From contig CAVNZM010000004.1 of the NCBI GenBank assembly GCA_963693365.1, positions 8,832,468 to 8,896,467 on the forward strand: a stretch of DNA of 64,000 bases, read 5' to 3'. How positions within the stretch are numbered: the first letter of the stretch is position 1; each line of letters opens with the position of its first letter. The notes beneath the pieces were generated by a model. The model was not told the DNA's origin. It saw nothing but the letters and a program-made list of their open reading frames with translations, and ran no database searches. Shown one piece after another: positions 15,508-30,630 of the stretch. This DNA is from Amoebidium appalachense. Taxonomy: Eukaryota > Protista > Ichthyosporea. A program made the translations under genes and the position numbers.

Positions 15508-15922
15508 CAGAGTCAACTTCCTCCAGGACCGAACTATTCTGCACTGCACTGAGGCAGAATTATTCTGCAAGAATTAGTTTTCTAAAAGCAGAATTGCCTT
15601 TAAAAAGCAGAATTGCGGTCTGCAAAAGCAGAATTGTTCTGCCAATTTTACACAGAATTATTCTGCAAAAGCAGAATTATTATTTTTCTGCAAAAAGCAC
15701 AAACAGTTTTCTAAAAGCAGAATTGGCTTTGAAAAGCAGAATTACGGTCTTCAAAAGTTAAAATTATTCTGCAAATTTTGGCAGAATTATTCTGCAAACA
15801 GCAAAAGAAGTCTGCTGAGCAGCAAATATCCTGCAGAATAATAACTGCTTGGAGCAAGACTTAGTTTTTCTGCTTTTGACAGAATAATTCTGCTAATAGC
15901 AGTAGAGCAGAAGTTGGCCTTG
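15508..15922. mobile_element. MITE-like element with about 15 internal GCAGAAT/ATTCTGC motifs
   Basis: Imperfect TIRs (CAGAGTCAACTTC at left; reverse complement of right end CAAGGCCAACTTC). Repeated near-palindrome GCAGAATTATTCTGC and AAAAGCAGAATT. No TSD seen. Confidence 0.55.
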
Positions 15923-16027
15923 AAGTTCTACAAAACTCCCTGACTTTCTAACCTATAGTAACCTATAGAGAAGAGAGGGGTGGTGGGTGGTGGTGGGTCG
16001 GTGGGTGAGTGGGTGGGTGGGTGGGGG

Positions 16028-16070
<43 letters not shown>

Positions 16071-16090
16071 GGGGGGGGGGGGGAGGTGAA

Positions 16091-16366
16091 GGAATACATG
16101 CATTGGAGGGTTGGGAAAGTGCCACGAAAAAGACATCGAGAGACAAAACAAAAACGGCTACCATTACCCCAAAAACAAATTGCGGGGGAAAGAGAAGAGT
16201 GAGAGGGGGGAAGCAGGGGGGGGGGGGGGGGGGGGGGAGGGGAAGGAATACATGCATTGGAGGGTTGGGAAAGTGCCACGAAAAAGACATCGAGAGACAA
16301 AACAAAAACCGCTGCCATTACCCCAAAACAAAATTGCGGGGGGAAAGAGAAGAGTGAGAGGGGGGA
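16091..16366. repeat. Tandem duplication of a ~120-bp unit bounded by poly-G
   Basis: GGAATACATGCATTGGAGGGTTGGGAAAGTGCCACG...AGAAGAGTGAGAGGGGGG at about 16091 and 16245. Confidence 0.85.
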
Positions 16367-16587
16367 ATAAGGGGGGGGGGAGGTGGGAGGGAGGGAGGGA
16401 GGGAGGGAGGGAGGGGGGGGGGAGGTGAGAGAGGGAAAGATCAGAGGGGAGAGAGAGCTGCAATAGAGTGAGAACTTTAACCTGGCTTCTATGATAGATG
16501 GTTACCCCACGTGATATTGAACCAATAGGTTTAGTGTCTCATGCCACTGAGGACAGTGCACCTGTCCAGACGGGAGGGCGGGGGGGG

Positions 16588-16626
<39 letters not shown>

Positions 16627-17182
16627 GGACTCGGGCGGAAGACCCACCGGGTCCCACCCCTGGGGCGCCAGTGGTATACACACTGATCACAAATCCGGCT
16701 CTTAGCTACATAATGTATATCGTAGAATTGGGCCCCTGGGGCCGGGGGGCCGGGTCACCCACACCCCCCTAGGGCGCTACGTACTAAACATACCGCATAG
16801 ATGTTGATCATGAGCTAGAATTATCATCAGTGCTAGTAAATGTTGTGCACTATTGGGCCCGCCCGCCCAAACTATTTTAGCATAAACTTCGCAGTGCGCG
16901 GAGGCAATTTAAACTTTGTCTCCAACAATTAATGGGAACTGGAGCTACTTTTTTGAAGGGGATTAAAGGTTATTGGTGGGTTCGGAAAAAGAAGGGGAAA
17001 AAAAGGAGGGGATGGGGGAGTAAACAGCCCTTACACAATAGCTACTCCAAAAAGTTTAAAAATCAGTCAGCGGGCAAAGAACTTCTAATAGTAAGCGCTA
17101 AAGGTAAAAAACAGTTAATATGCTCGAAATTAATAGGACAGCCATGCCCTGGCTACAGTACTACGCTCGGTGTAGCTACCTA

Positions 17183-18994
17183 TTAATACTCATCATCCTC
17201 ATAGTAGCGGGGTCTATCGCGGCTCAGCTCCGCGTTTCCCCGCCCAAGGGCTTTACCACGCTTAAACCCTTGGTGACGGGCCTTAAACCCCCTCTTCCGC
17301 TGAGGCTCCTCCCAAGACGGGACCCGGTAGTGAGGCCTCCGTCCGGCCTGATTATTCACATACTCCATATACTCCTTAGCTTCCACCCCACCCACCCTAT
17401 CCTTATAATAACCACCATACTTGCGTTCCTTATAATCAGCACCATACATACCCTTTGCTTTAGTCCCACCGCGGTTATCATTCGCAACCTGCCCCCCCCG
17501 CCGCTGCGCCGGCCGCGGCAGCCCCGCCTGCCCCAATACCACCAGCCTGCCCCTCCCCCCGCAGCTACACCGGTGCCTCCACTCCCCCCACGGTTAGCAA
17601 GCGGAATACTCCCATCCGTGGGTTTATCCGGGGTACCCGCGTCCGTGCCGGTGCCGGATCCTGGATTAGGGTCGCCACCGTCGCCGCCGCCAGCCGAGGT
17701 GGGGGGTTTGCGTGGAGGATTGGTGGGTTTGGTAGAGGCCCCCTGGTTTGCGCCGTTGTTTTCACTTGTGCCCGTGTCCCCTTTTCCGTCATCCGCACTC
17801 TGTCCGTCGCCCGGCTTTGACCCTGGCTTTGTTCTTCCCGGCTTGCCGTTTCCTCCGTCGGACTCTGAAGGTTGACTTTCCCCATCTGCAGGTTGGTTTT
17901 CGGCGGAATCAGTTCCAGCCCCCTCCTGGGGTGTTGGCACTGCCTCAGACGGTTTTGCGTCATCCTGAGGCCCACTAGATGGCGTGGCTACGGGGGAATT
18001 CGAGCCGTTTGGCTGCACGTTAGTCTCGTCTTTGTCGCCTGGAACATAGAGGGTCGGGGTGGCAGTGGGCCGCCATATAGGCTTTGTTGGAGTCGATCGT
18101 GGCGGGACAACAGTATCGGGGTTCACCGGAGCTTCCGAAGGCCTTTCGTTGTCTCTAATTCTCTCATCTTCCCCGCGCTCACCGGCACTCGGCGTGGGTG
18201 TGGCGGGTTGAACGCTCGCACCGTTTTGAGCTGCGCCATTAGATCTGTCTGTCTCATCTTTGTCGCCGGGAACGCGGTTCGAAGGGGTTGGTTTTGGCTC
18301 ATCGGGCACACTTGGGCTCGCTTCCGGGGTCGCGTGCGGAGAAACAGTGTTGTTGTCTTCCTCCGGTTTTCCGTCGCTGTTCTCTTCACGGCTATGGTCG
18401 TCATCGTTCGTGACGGCGACAGGAGTAATAGGCCCCATCTGTGGCCCGGGGCCAAAGCTGCCAGGCGGAAAGGTTATATGTATAGGCGGGGCGTTGTTGT
18501 TGTTGTTATTGTTGTTGTTGCCTTCATCCACCCACCCACCCACGTAGTTCCCCCCCCCCGCCAGTAGAGAGCCCACCTCCACTATAGCCTCCTCCACGGG
18601 AGGCAGCAGCCCCCGTTGCCAGGCCCCCCCCCACGACCAACCCACCCAGAGCTGCCGCGCCACCCACGACCAAGCCAACAAGTTTTGCCTCGGGCTTAGA
18701 GTCGTCTTCGGTATCGTCCCAATCTCCATCATCACGGCCGTAGTCATCCGCGTCGTCGTTGGCTTCATTGACACATGTTTCCATGCATTTCTCAAAAAAA
18801 TTGCGGTTTTTGCGCGTTGGGTAGCGACGAGACTCAACAGTGCTGCACAAATTGAAGCAGTCATCACTCGCGTCTACGTCCGTATCTTCGAGTTCGTACG
18901 CGGGCTTACGGCCATGGAAGGATGCGGGCAGGTGGGCGGCTAGAGCGTGCCCCGCCGCCAAGAGCGCACAGGTGGCCGCTATAAAGCGCGCCAT
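17183..18994 (-). CDS. Secreted low-complexity protein (about 600 aa): signal peptide, twin CX3C motif, Gly-zipper-like segment, Pro/Thr/Gly/acidic stalk, basic Tyr-rich tail; apparent homopolymer frameshifts
   Basis: ORF 18524-18994 starts MARFIAATCALLAAGHALA. It joins the 17356-18867 frame at the G run near 18549-18559, and the 17183-17542 frame via G runs near 17555 and 17495. Intronless and free of microsatellites, with an internal repeat VPGDKDET x2. No family recognised. Confidence 0.7.
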
Positions 18995-19239
18995 GGTGAA
19001 AAGAGCGGAAGTAAGTGATGAATCAGCAGTGGATAAAGGAGAAAAGAGATACCATAGCGCTCCTCAAAAACAACACACAAAACAACCGTGCGGAGCTTGC
19101 GAAGCGAGGTGGGAAACTAATAGATAGGTATGATATGTCAAGAATTCTTGAATTTTTCTCCTACCACCACCTGTGAAAAAATTTCGACTTGCGAAAATCA
19201 TGCCCGATGGAGTTAGAGCATTTTATCATCTACAATTGC

Positions 19240-19412
19240 CTGTCCAATCATATTGATCTGCTGACACAAGAGGTATTGATTGGTCCATGTTTTTAATTGG
19301 CTACAAGCATATAAAAGACTTCGGCTTTGGTCAAAGTCGATTGCTGCCGTTGATTGGTCTATGGCTGTTAAGCATATCCTCGTTATCACCTAATTAGTGC
19401 TAAGATTGGATA
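19240..19412. promoter_or_regulatory. Cluster of CCAAT/ATTGG boxes upstream of the secreted-protein gene
   Basis: Five CCAAT/ATTGG motifs within about 170 bp (near 19245, 19279, 19296, 19353, 19405), 250-410 bp upstream of the ATG at 18994. Confidence 0.35.
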
Positions 19413-20287
19413 GATCTATTCCAAAAATGTCAAAAAGTGTATAACCGTTTAGCGATTAGGTATTCATCATGTAAAACGAATCCGCTATCTTTCACATACC
19501 GCATTCCACCCAGCATGCCATCGGTCGAGGGGAATTCAAACCCTGCTACTGTGACTCACCTCGTCGTTTTGGTGGAATGCGGGTAACACCGGGTGGAATG
19601 CGGCTTAGAAACGATAAGAGCAACGTGGCAAATAGAATGTTGCTTCTATAACTAGACGCGACCAATCATATCGCTTATTTACACAAATCCCTGGAGCATT
19701 AACGGGTAACGTTGAGGGCCTAGTAGTTTCCCACCACCTCCTTCGCAAGTTTGCACATGCGCCGTATGTAGTCGTTGGACATAAGTTTGGTTGTTTGCGT
19801 GAGATGCTGAGTTGGGCTCACAAGTTTTAACGATAGATACATGTCGCTAAAACCCCCCTTTCGCCTTCAGTTTTTCCGGCAGTTAAACTGGCAGAATCAC
19901 TGCAGCCCACTAGGGCTAGCAGTTTTTAACGCCCTGCTCAAAAATAAAATGCTAACCAATATAAAGAAGAACTGACTAACATTTAAATAATGGTTTACTA
20001 CTTACTGAGTCCGTAATGCACTCAGGAGCTTCCACTTCGAGTCTCTGTATTCTTCGAAGCGAACGGAATCAATCGATTGAATCGAGCTTCGAAATTCGAA
20101 TCCAAGGACAAAATTTTTCCTTTTGATGCCCCGGGGCCTAGACTGCAAGTGTAGGGTGAATTAGATTGGCATCCCGCTGATAAAATGGTCACAGAGAAGC
20201 GATGAGCAACAAAGATAGCTGTGCTTCGGCTAAACAAGCCCCTCCCCACGGCCCTCCTCCTCCCTTCGAGTTGCGACCGTGAGACAC

Positions 20288-21255
<968 letters not shown>

Positions 21256-21899
21256 TTTAGTGACCGCAAGAGTTGCGACGGTCTGAGCTGCGCGCGTGCC
21301 GGGGCCACAGTGATGATAAAGCGGATTCCTACCAAGCGCAACCCTGATTCTCAAGCAGTTCTCAGTGTGTACTGTATGTTATCCCAACTGTTATTTTATT
21401 AGAACTGTAAAGCTATTGCTTTTATTTATATACTTTCTGCTTTCGAACCTGCAGTCAAATGTTCTTTTTATTGCAGAAAAAACGCCATCATCCTAGCTAG
21501 GCTTATCAGTAGACTGTATCTGGTAATCATGGCTTGCACCACCTTGCTAAAACGCACATTCCGATACAAACAACATTAGCCAAAAAAGGAGATTTGTCTG
21601 GGGGGATTTAATATATGGAATCCAGATCAAAAGCTTGGAATTGGCACGCGCGGTAGTTCTTTTTCAGCGTTCTTACGTCAAGCTTTTCCCGTTCAGTTAC
21701 ATACTGTTTTATGCGTTGCATTGGTATTTTTTTGATCGATTACTACCGTTGGGCCATGCATTCTGGTTTTTTTGTACATTATTAGCCACATACGTACATG
21801 TGTGAGAGAGAGTATATATATGTGTGTACGCACAGACACGTACACACGTGCACACCAAGAAGCTTCGCCGTGAGCGATTTACACACTATTTATTGCCGT

Positions 21900-21974
<75 letters not shown>

Positions 21975-22626
21975 ACGCTCTCTCCCCTCTCTCACTGGAC
22001 AGGGCCTCGCGATCTGTGATACGGCATCCACACACGCACGTACACGTACTGTTGCACACAGACGCAAAGTTTAACACATCATCAGCCGTGACACACACAC
22101 CCCCACGTGTTTACTACACACAAAAACACACACTATATACGTGACAAACCGTGACGGTGCCACTGAATGACAATGATCCCCCCTTCCCCTCCCCCCCCCC
22201 TCCCCCCCCCCCCCCCCCCCCCCCCGGTACCCGTGTAGTACTAGCCTAGTAGTTGTAATGCCCCTCCAGGGCATCTCCTCCCGCTTTCCCCCACATCGAG
22301 TCCTTCCACACGTATACACACCTTCCGGGCTATTTGAAAAGCCTTCCCCGGGGAGGGACTCGGGGGGGAGGACGGGGAGGGGGGGGGAAAGGGGGGAAGG
22401 GGGGGGGGGGGGGGGAGGGAGGGGGGGGTCCGGAAAGGAAGGAAGGGTAGGGAGGGGAGGAAGGGAGAAAGAAGGGAGTGTGGGGGGCTAAGCCTGTTGG
22501 TGTGTGTGTGTGCACGTGTTTGCATTAGTAGTATTGATCAATACTATAGTTCGTGTTCTCGTCATGCTTTAGCTTGATTTGGTTTCTTTGCAGCGTAGTC
22601 TTTATTATTCTTTCCTTTCCTAAGTC

Positions 22627-22826
<200 letters not shown>

Positions 22827-22839
22827 GTCTGTCTCTCTT

Positions 22840-22894
<55 letters not shown>

Positions 22895-23059
22895 TATATA
22901 TATATATATATATATATATCATATGATATATATATATATATATATATAATATAGTATATATATATATCATGATATATATATATGTCCCTCTCAGTCTCTC
23001 TCTCAGCCTCTCAGTCTCTCGAATCTCTTTCTCCGAGGCTCTCTCTCTCTCTCTCTCCG

Positions 23060-23113
<54 letters not shown>

Positions 23114-23419
23114 CCTCTCTCTCTCTTGATAAACCGACCGGCGATCTGAGCCACTTTTGTGGCTCGAATGACCTAGTTGTGCGCGATCCCTATAAGTGGT
23201 AGTAAATATACAAAACTCACAAAACAAACTACAAACCGACGTTGCTGAGAACCTAACGGTCACGCAGACACCAATAACACGAAGTTTTGTCTCTAATGTC
23301 TGCTTCATACTGCGCTGCAAACTTGGGGTTGTAAGCGAAGATCTTAATTTCTGGACGAATTTTTGGTTATTATGTTCGAAATATTGCCTCCCCAGGGTGT
23401 GCTACGCCCTAAAGTGATT

Positions 23420-23765
23420 AGTAGAAAACAAAGAGAATAGTGTTGGCATGCTACCTGCAAAATTTGAAGGTTTTATGTCGTCATTTCACCGAGATCACTT
23501 AGTAGCGTTCTGTATACGAGATAGCCTTCCTCCACCGGAAATAGAGGTTGGCAGCCGGGCGGAATCGAGTCAAACTGGGCTCTCTGGACAAGGTTTTGAT
23601 TATGTCAAAATATAGCTGCTTCCAGGTGCGTGGAAACCTTCAAAAAGTAGCAGAAAGCAAAGAGTATGTTTCTAGCATGCTAGCGGCAAAATTTGAAGGC
23701 TTTATATTGTCTTTTCATCGAGTTCACTATGTACCGTTCTCAAGGGGTTCACCCGCTTCCGGCGG
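23420..23765. repeat. Diverged tandem duplication with a period of about 230 bp
   Basis: GCATGCTA..GCAAAATTTGAAGG.TTTAT..GTC.TTTCA.CGAG.TCACT at about 23447 and 23675. Confidence 0.6.
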
Positions 23766-24046
23766 AAATCTGGGCTGAAATCGATCTGTCGACTGCCGAG
23801 GAATGCGAAAGAAACACGATACCCCTTGTTGGTTGGCAAGCGCTGGCGCCCTATTTTATTACACCAATCACCTTGGTCCAAAGACAAAAAAGGCAGGAAA
23901 CTTTAGCAGCTAACTGGGCATACCAAGAAAGCGCGGGCGACTCTCGACCACTGCGCTACAGGGGTGGTCGTCCGGTACGAGCCACTTTAGGGGCTATTTC
24001 GACCCATTCGAGCTGAAGTGGCTCACAGTCAGTGACAGTCGACTTA

Positions 24047-24100
<54 letters not shown>

Positions 24101-24347
24101 TCTCTCCCCTCCCCCCCCCCCCCTCCCCCCCCCTCCCCCTCCCCCTTTTCCCGTTTGCACTGGCAGCTGTGAGTGTACATTACACCTGGTCTCTTGGGTA
24201 GTCAATTAGGTCATCCATCCTTCCACAGATTATTTTCGCTTCTGGTGATTTTTTGTTTTTGTTTGGGGGTTGCATAAATTGTCATACGCACACACACACG
24301 CACACACACACACACACATACCACCGGCGTAACACACACACACTGTG

Positions 24348-24471
<124 letters not shown>

Positions 24472-24491
24472 CGTGACACACACACACACAC

Positions 24492-24544
<53 letters not shown>

Positions 24545-24957
24545 TCAAACATTTCAAGATTTTGGGGGATCACAGGTTTGAGGGGGTTCGATGATCCCAA
24601 GGAAACTTCAAGCGCTGGGGGTGGTCACGGGATGAACTGAGAGCTTGAAGGTGCGGCAGAAGTGCTTGGTCACTCGGTCGGGTTCGGAAGTAGATGAACA
24701 GTGACGCTCGGACGTGGAACTATGTATTACTTAACTAGTACTCGTTAATGCAGCAGAAACCGATGTCAACGGGGCGTCAACTACATATTGTTTAATATGT
24801 AGTGTCATGAACCATATTTAAACAGCCTGGCCAGCGGGTGTGATCAGTTGCAGTAGTCACTGCATGCTGCATACATACTCTTCGTGCATATGGTACCATT
24901 GAAGTTGTCCGTCGTGCGTGTGTCTTTAAACCCATCTTTACGCACTGCCGGCCATCA

Positions 24958-24995
<38 letters not shown>

Positions 24996-25174
24996 TTTAC
25001 CCCGCTTCCCTCCGGGGACACAAAAGAAAAAAACAAAAAAACAAAAAAACAAAACTACCCAGCCACACAGCCACTTACCTACCTGGCAGTGCGCCCACCT
25101 ATATGTGTACAGCCTCCCTGCCCCCTACCCCCCTCCCCTCCCCTCCCTTCCCTTCCCCTCCCCCTGGACCCCCT

Positions 25175-25210
<36 letters not shown>

Positions 25211-25354
25211 GCCCCTCCCCTCTCAACGCTGCAGGAAATATTTGCAGAGGAAAGGTTAAGGTCTCAATAAATATTGGATAAAGGTTGAATTCGCAGACGG
25301 GGGAGAGGGCGGGAGGCGGGCAGGGGGTCCGCGCGTGTGTGGGTGTGTGTGTGT

Positions 25355-25390
<36 letters not shown>

Positions 25391-25903
25391 TTGCTGCGAC
25401 CCCCTCCCCTCAGGCTCCCTCTCCCTCTCTTTCCCCCCCCTTCCTCCCTCCCTCCCCCCCCCTCCCCTTCGCCCCCCTTCCCCCCCGTCCCTTCCCCCCT
25501 CCCCCCCCCCCCTCGCCCCCGAGCTTCTTTGTTGAACACTCTGTAATGAATAAAGACGATCACGAGTCCTTCCCCACTTGTTACAGATGCACACAACCGC
25601 CGCGGCAGAGTCTGTCACAGTTTCCGACCCTCCCCGCGTGCCGTATGTGTGGTGTAGATGATTGTCGGGCCACGCGGAGAGGGGGAGGGGGGGGGGGGGG
25701 GATCGGGGAGGAGGGTGTGGTGGGGTGGGTGGGGGGGGGAGATGGGGTAGGAGCGGGGAGGAGGGAGGGGAGGAATCGGGTCTGCCATGTGAATTTGTAG
25801 GCTACAGGTCTTTTGTATGCTCAGACTCAATTTTTATACATAATAACTGTGGTCTCGTGGGAACTAAGAAAAGAAAAGTGTATGTGCACACTGTGTGTGT
25901 GTT

Positions 25904-25964
<61 letters not shown>

Positions 25965-26308
25965 GCGTGTGTGCACACGTATGTGTAATGTTTGTGTGTA
26001 CACTCGCATTCATGCATACATCCGTGTACAGTGCACATGAGACCACCAGAGAGAGGGGGCCCCGCCGGAAAGACAGAACAAAAGAGAATAGAGGGGGAGA
26101 GAGGGAGGGAGGGAGGGAGAGAGAGCGTGTGTGGGGGTGTGTGTGTCTGTCTCTGGGCAGCAAAAGTGACGGAGTTTCGAGAAAGACTGACAGAGAGAGA
26201 GAAAGAGACTGGACGGTCCGACGGGGGAAGACAGAGTCTGTGCGTGCGTGCGTGTGTGCGTGTATGTGTGTCTGTCTAGATTTGTATAGGTGTTGTGGGT
26301 GGGTGTGA

Positions 26309-26357
<49 letters not shown>

Positions 26358-26376
26358 TGTGAGAGAGAGAGAGAGA

Positions 26377-26422
<46 letters not shown>

Positions 26423-26601
26423 GGAGCTTACCGTCTTCCGCCTACAAAAAGTAGACACAGATCGTACTGTACAAGGAGGTCTAAGCGCCGGCTGTCGCCG
26501 GCGCCTAAAACGAGTCAAAGTGGATGAGTATGGCAAAGTTTTCGGGAAACATAAGATTGATGGGGAGCCTTTATGTGGTTGTGTGTGCGAATGTGTGTGG
26601 T

Positions 26602-26654
<53 letters not shown>

Positions 26655-26882
26655 TTGTGCGTTGTGTTGTTGGTTGGAGTGCGGGAGCGCGAAAGAGTGT
26701 GTGTCTGAAGACAATGGGTGTGTGTGAATGTTTGTGTGTGTGTTTGTATGCGTGTGTGTGTGTGTATGTGTGTACATGTGTGTGTGGGTGTGTATTTGTG
26801 TGTGTGTGTGTGTGTGCACGTGTGGCGAATGTGTGTGTGTGTGTGCATACAATGGGTGTGTGTGAATGTTTGTGTGTGTGTT

Positions 26883-26963
<81 letters not shown>

Positions 26964-27056
26964 TTGATTAGAGTGCGTGAGCGCGAAAGAATGTGTGAGT
27001 GAATAGAACGAGTGTCTAAGTTTGTGTGGGTGTGTGTGAGTGAATGTGTGTGCGTA

Positions 27057-27091
<35 letters not shown>

Positions 27092-27610
27092 ACGTGTGTG
27101 TATGGGTGTTATAGAAAATTAAGTTATTTCAGAAAAATAAGTAATTTCGTTTTATTTCATAGAGAGAACAGGTTTGGTGTTCGGCCTCCATGTGCCGGCA
27201 ATAAATAGCTCACAGAGCGGTTTGGGATGAAAATCCGGTTTCCATTTGTGCCCCCCCAAAATTTCCAAAATTACTTTGCACATTTTTTTCCACCTGCCGT
27301 GCCTGTTTGCCTTGTCCCTCCCCTTTCCCCATCCCCCCTCCCCTCGGTTTTGTGTTTTTGACTTGGAATGTATCAACTAGACTATTTTTCTGTGTTACGT
27401 GGTACTCCTTTTATGCCTAAGCCACCTTCTTCCCCCCCCCCCCCCCCCCCCCCCCGTTCTATTTTTTATTCAGGTTGAAAATTCATTATTTCGGTTCTAT
27501 GGCGTCGTCACACACACCGTCACGTGCACAACCGAACATACACTTGTGCCATACACACACACACCGTATGATACACGAATAATACACACAAACACACTCA
27601 TACAAACCAC

Positions 27611-27719
<109 letters not shown>

Positions 27720-27833
27720 CACATGTACACGCGTACGTACGATGCACCCCCGGGTACGGCATGTATTCACACGAACAACGTTCCACACACTTTCGAAAGC
27801 TTTGTTTCAGACACACACACACAACACACGCAC

Positions 27834-27916
<83 letters not shown>

Positions 27917-27923
27917 GCACGCA

Positions 27924-27985
<62 letters not shown>

Positions 27986-28599
27986 AACTGTCCATCCTCG
28001 TCACATGCATAGTTCGATATATTTACTTGATGCGTCAAAAGGTGTTCATTGGTTGATATATTTACTTATGGCGTCCAATTCTCCAAGTTCATTCGTCGTA
28101 CGTACTATCGAAAGTAGGCGAAATCGGCATCGGGCACGTTGTGATTTTTATCATAGCATTTATCGAAAAGTAAAAAAATGGATTTTTTACGATGTTTTAT
28201 TATTTTTGCTAGACCAATAGTCATACCCGAGCGCCATGGCATGTAGCCGAGAACGGTCCTTTTTGACTCAGGGTTGCATTAGTTCATACCCTGACACCTA
28301 CAGCCACACGTAGCGGCTGCTTACCTCCCTTTTTGCCCTCTAATACTTTGTTCTGAATCAATTTTAGACTTAAACTTTTTATATTTTTTGACACAAACAC
28401 CTCCACACGTTAATATTCTTCTATGCTGCTTGGTTTTATGCGCGTTTCGGCTTTTGATTTCGCTATGCAAATCTCCGCGGGTTGCATAGTCAGTGATTAG
28501 TCACTGGGCCAGATTACGGGAAGGTCAAACGGTCGTTATAATATTAGTTAATAGCACACTCATAAGTCAGGATTCTAAAATTGACCCCAACTGGCACTA

Positions 28600-29015
28600 T
28601 TTTTAGTTACGCCTTATCCCACGGTTCTAGCCGCAGCAACGCTAGTGGGGAAGTGAGCACAGCTCACTTTAACAACAGCAGCCGGGAGCGAACCGGGACA
28701 CATGCACGAAAGGGAAGACCCCATGCCCAGGACGCTGACCCGAACCGTGGCCGGTGACTCGGACTTGAACGTTGGGCCGAGATGCCCAAGCGGCGCGCCG
28801 TCGACGTCAGAGGGCCGGTGCTTTTCATGACGTCATGTCTTGCGGCCGGATGATAACAAATTTGTGGTGCTGCTTGACGTGGTCTGGGGTGATGGCTTCT
28901 AGCGGGCGGCCAAACCAGTGGAACGTCAAGGCAGAACAAAAACCGGAAGTAACCAGGATCGATCCTGCGACTTTGAGCTTGACACGCAGAGATCTTACCA
29001 TTGCACCAACCCGCC
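28600..29015 (-). mobile_element. tRNA-derived SINE-like element (degenerate tRNA head, GTC/Asp-like anticodon)
   Basis: Minus strand reads GGCGGGTTGGTGCAATGGTAAGATCTCTGCGTGTCAAGCTCAAAGTCGCAGGATCGATCCTGG, with Pol III A box TGGTGCAATGG and B box GGATCGATCC at tRNA spacing but broken stems. A ~340-nt GC-rich body follows, ending GGGATAAGGCGTAACTAAAAAT. The 3' boundary is approximate. Confidence 0.6.
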
Positions 29016-29059
29016 CCCCTGTGTGTGTGTGTGTGTGTGTGTACAATTACACGGCGTAC

Positions 29060-29112
<53 letters not shown>

Positions 29113-29155
29113 GTGTGTGTCTGTGTGTGTGTGCGTGTGCGTGTGTGTGTGTGTC

Positions 29156-29189
<34 letters not shown>

Positions 29190-29460
29190 ACTGTGTGCGT
29201 ATGTGTGCGTGAGCGTGCTTTCATGCACATAATGTGTTTGTGTGTGTCTGTGTGCGCACGTGTGCATGTGTGTGTATGTGTATTTGCGGGCGCGCACGCC
29301 TGTGAACGATGTGTGTACAGTTTTGGGTGGGGGGAAGGCACCGGGGGGGGAGAGGGGGGGGGGGGGGGGGAAGGGAAGGGGGATGGGAGGAAGAAGGGAT
29401 AGGCCACTCTCATTGGCTTACACGTAGTATGGTCTGTGTACACTGTCAGTGTGTGTGTAC

Positions 29461-29635
<175 letters not shown>

Positions 29636-30177
29636 TTTTTTGTTTGTTTGTTTGTTTTTTGGGGAGGGGGGAGGGGAGGGGGGGAGGGGGGGGGGGGGGG
29701 AGTAGAAGGTTGACACTCTCTCTGGCTGTGGTGGTATACGCCAAATACATAGGCCAGTTGGCAAAACTTTGAAACATAATTATCACCATCGTGCATGATG
29801 GCATGGCCAAATGATCATGATATGTCTGCCGCACGGCCACAGGATGGCGCTGGTATATATTAATCTGGAGATACAGAAACCCAACCGTTAACGTTATTCT
29901 AATACGTACAAAAGCAAAGCTCGGGCACCCCCGGCAGCAAGGCCACCGGTACTTGGAGAACAAACAACGTAAAATGCAATTGTAGCTCTCCCAATCCAAA
30001 TCATTTCGTACCAAAGGGTGGTGGAAGGGGCTTCGGGCTGGGGTCAGTGTCATGAAATTTTATTATCATGAAAGTGGAAGGAAGAAAGAGTTAATAGACC
30101 AGGTCCTACGTATATCATGGTGGGCTTGGCAAGGCATGGTAGGGGTGGTGGTGGTGGTGGTGTGTATGTGTGTGTGT

Positions 30178-30218
<41 letters not shown>

Positions 30219-30500
30219 CTTAACTATAAATGTGCATACATCATGAAGGCTCCGAGCGATGGATCCGGCGGCATGGGGCCGAGCCTCATGATCAGGTGTG
30301 CATACATAGTGGGCATGTGGGTGCATGCGGCCTGATGGGTGCTGTGTAGTGCACAGATAGGTGCACAGGCGATGGTTATTATGCCACGGCAGGGGCGAAA
30401 GCATTCGTGCATCAAAATCACATTGCCGAACGAAGAAAAAAAAAAAACAGGCACACATGCATACATGAATGCCCACACGGGCATCCTGACACGTACGGTG

Positions 30501-30630
30501 CACACGAGAGGGTTTTATTGAACCAAAGTGCACGCGAGAGAGTACATATGAACTAATTGCACACGAGAGGGTATGAATCAAAGCCTTCACACGAGAGAGT
30601 CGGAACCAAAGTGGATACGAGAGTCGGGTA
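30501..30630. repeat. Degenerate ~29-bp minisatellite (4-5 units)
   Basis: CACACGAGAG(G/A)GT...GAA(C/T)CAAAG units at about 30501, 30531, 30560 and 30587. Confidence 0.6.

Noticed and set aside
17120-18567. Plus-strand ORFs 17120-17875 and 17872-18567
   Set aside because: Antisense shadows of the GC-rich secreted-protein gene.
21308-21346. Short box C/D-like segment GTGATGA...AGCGGATTCC...CTGA
   Set aside because: Too short, no terminal stem, and the rRNA-complementary word is not adjacent to a D box.
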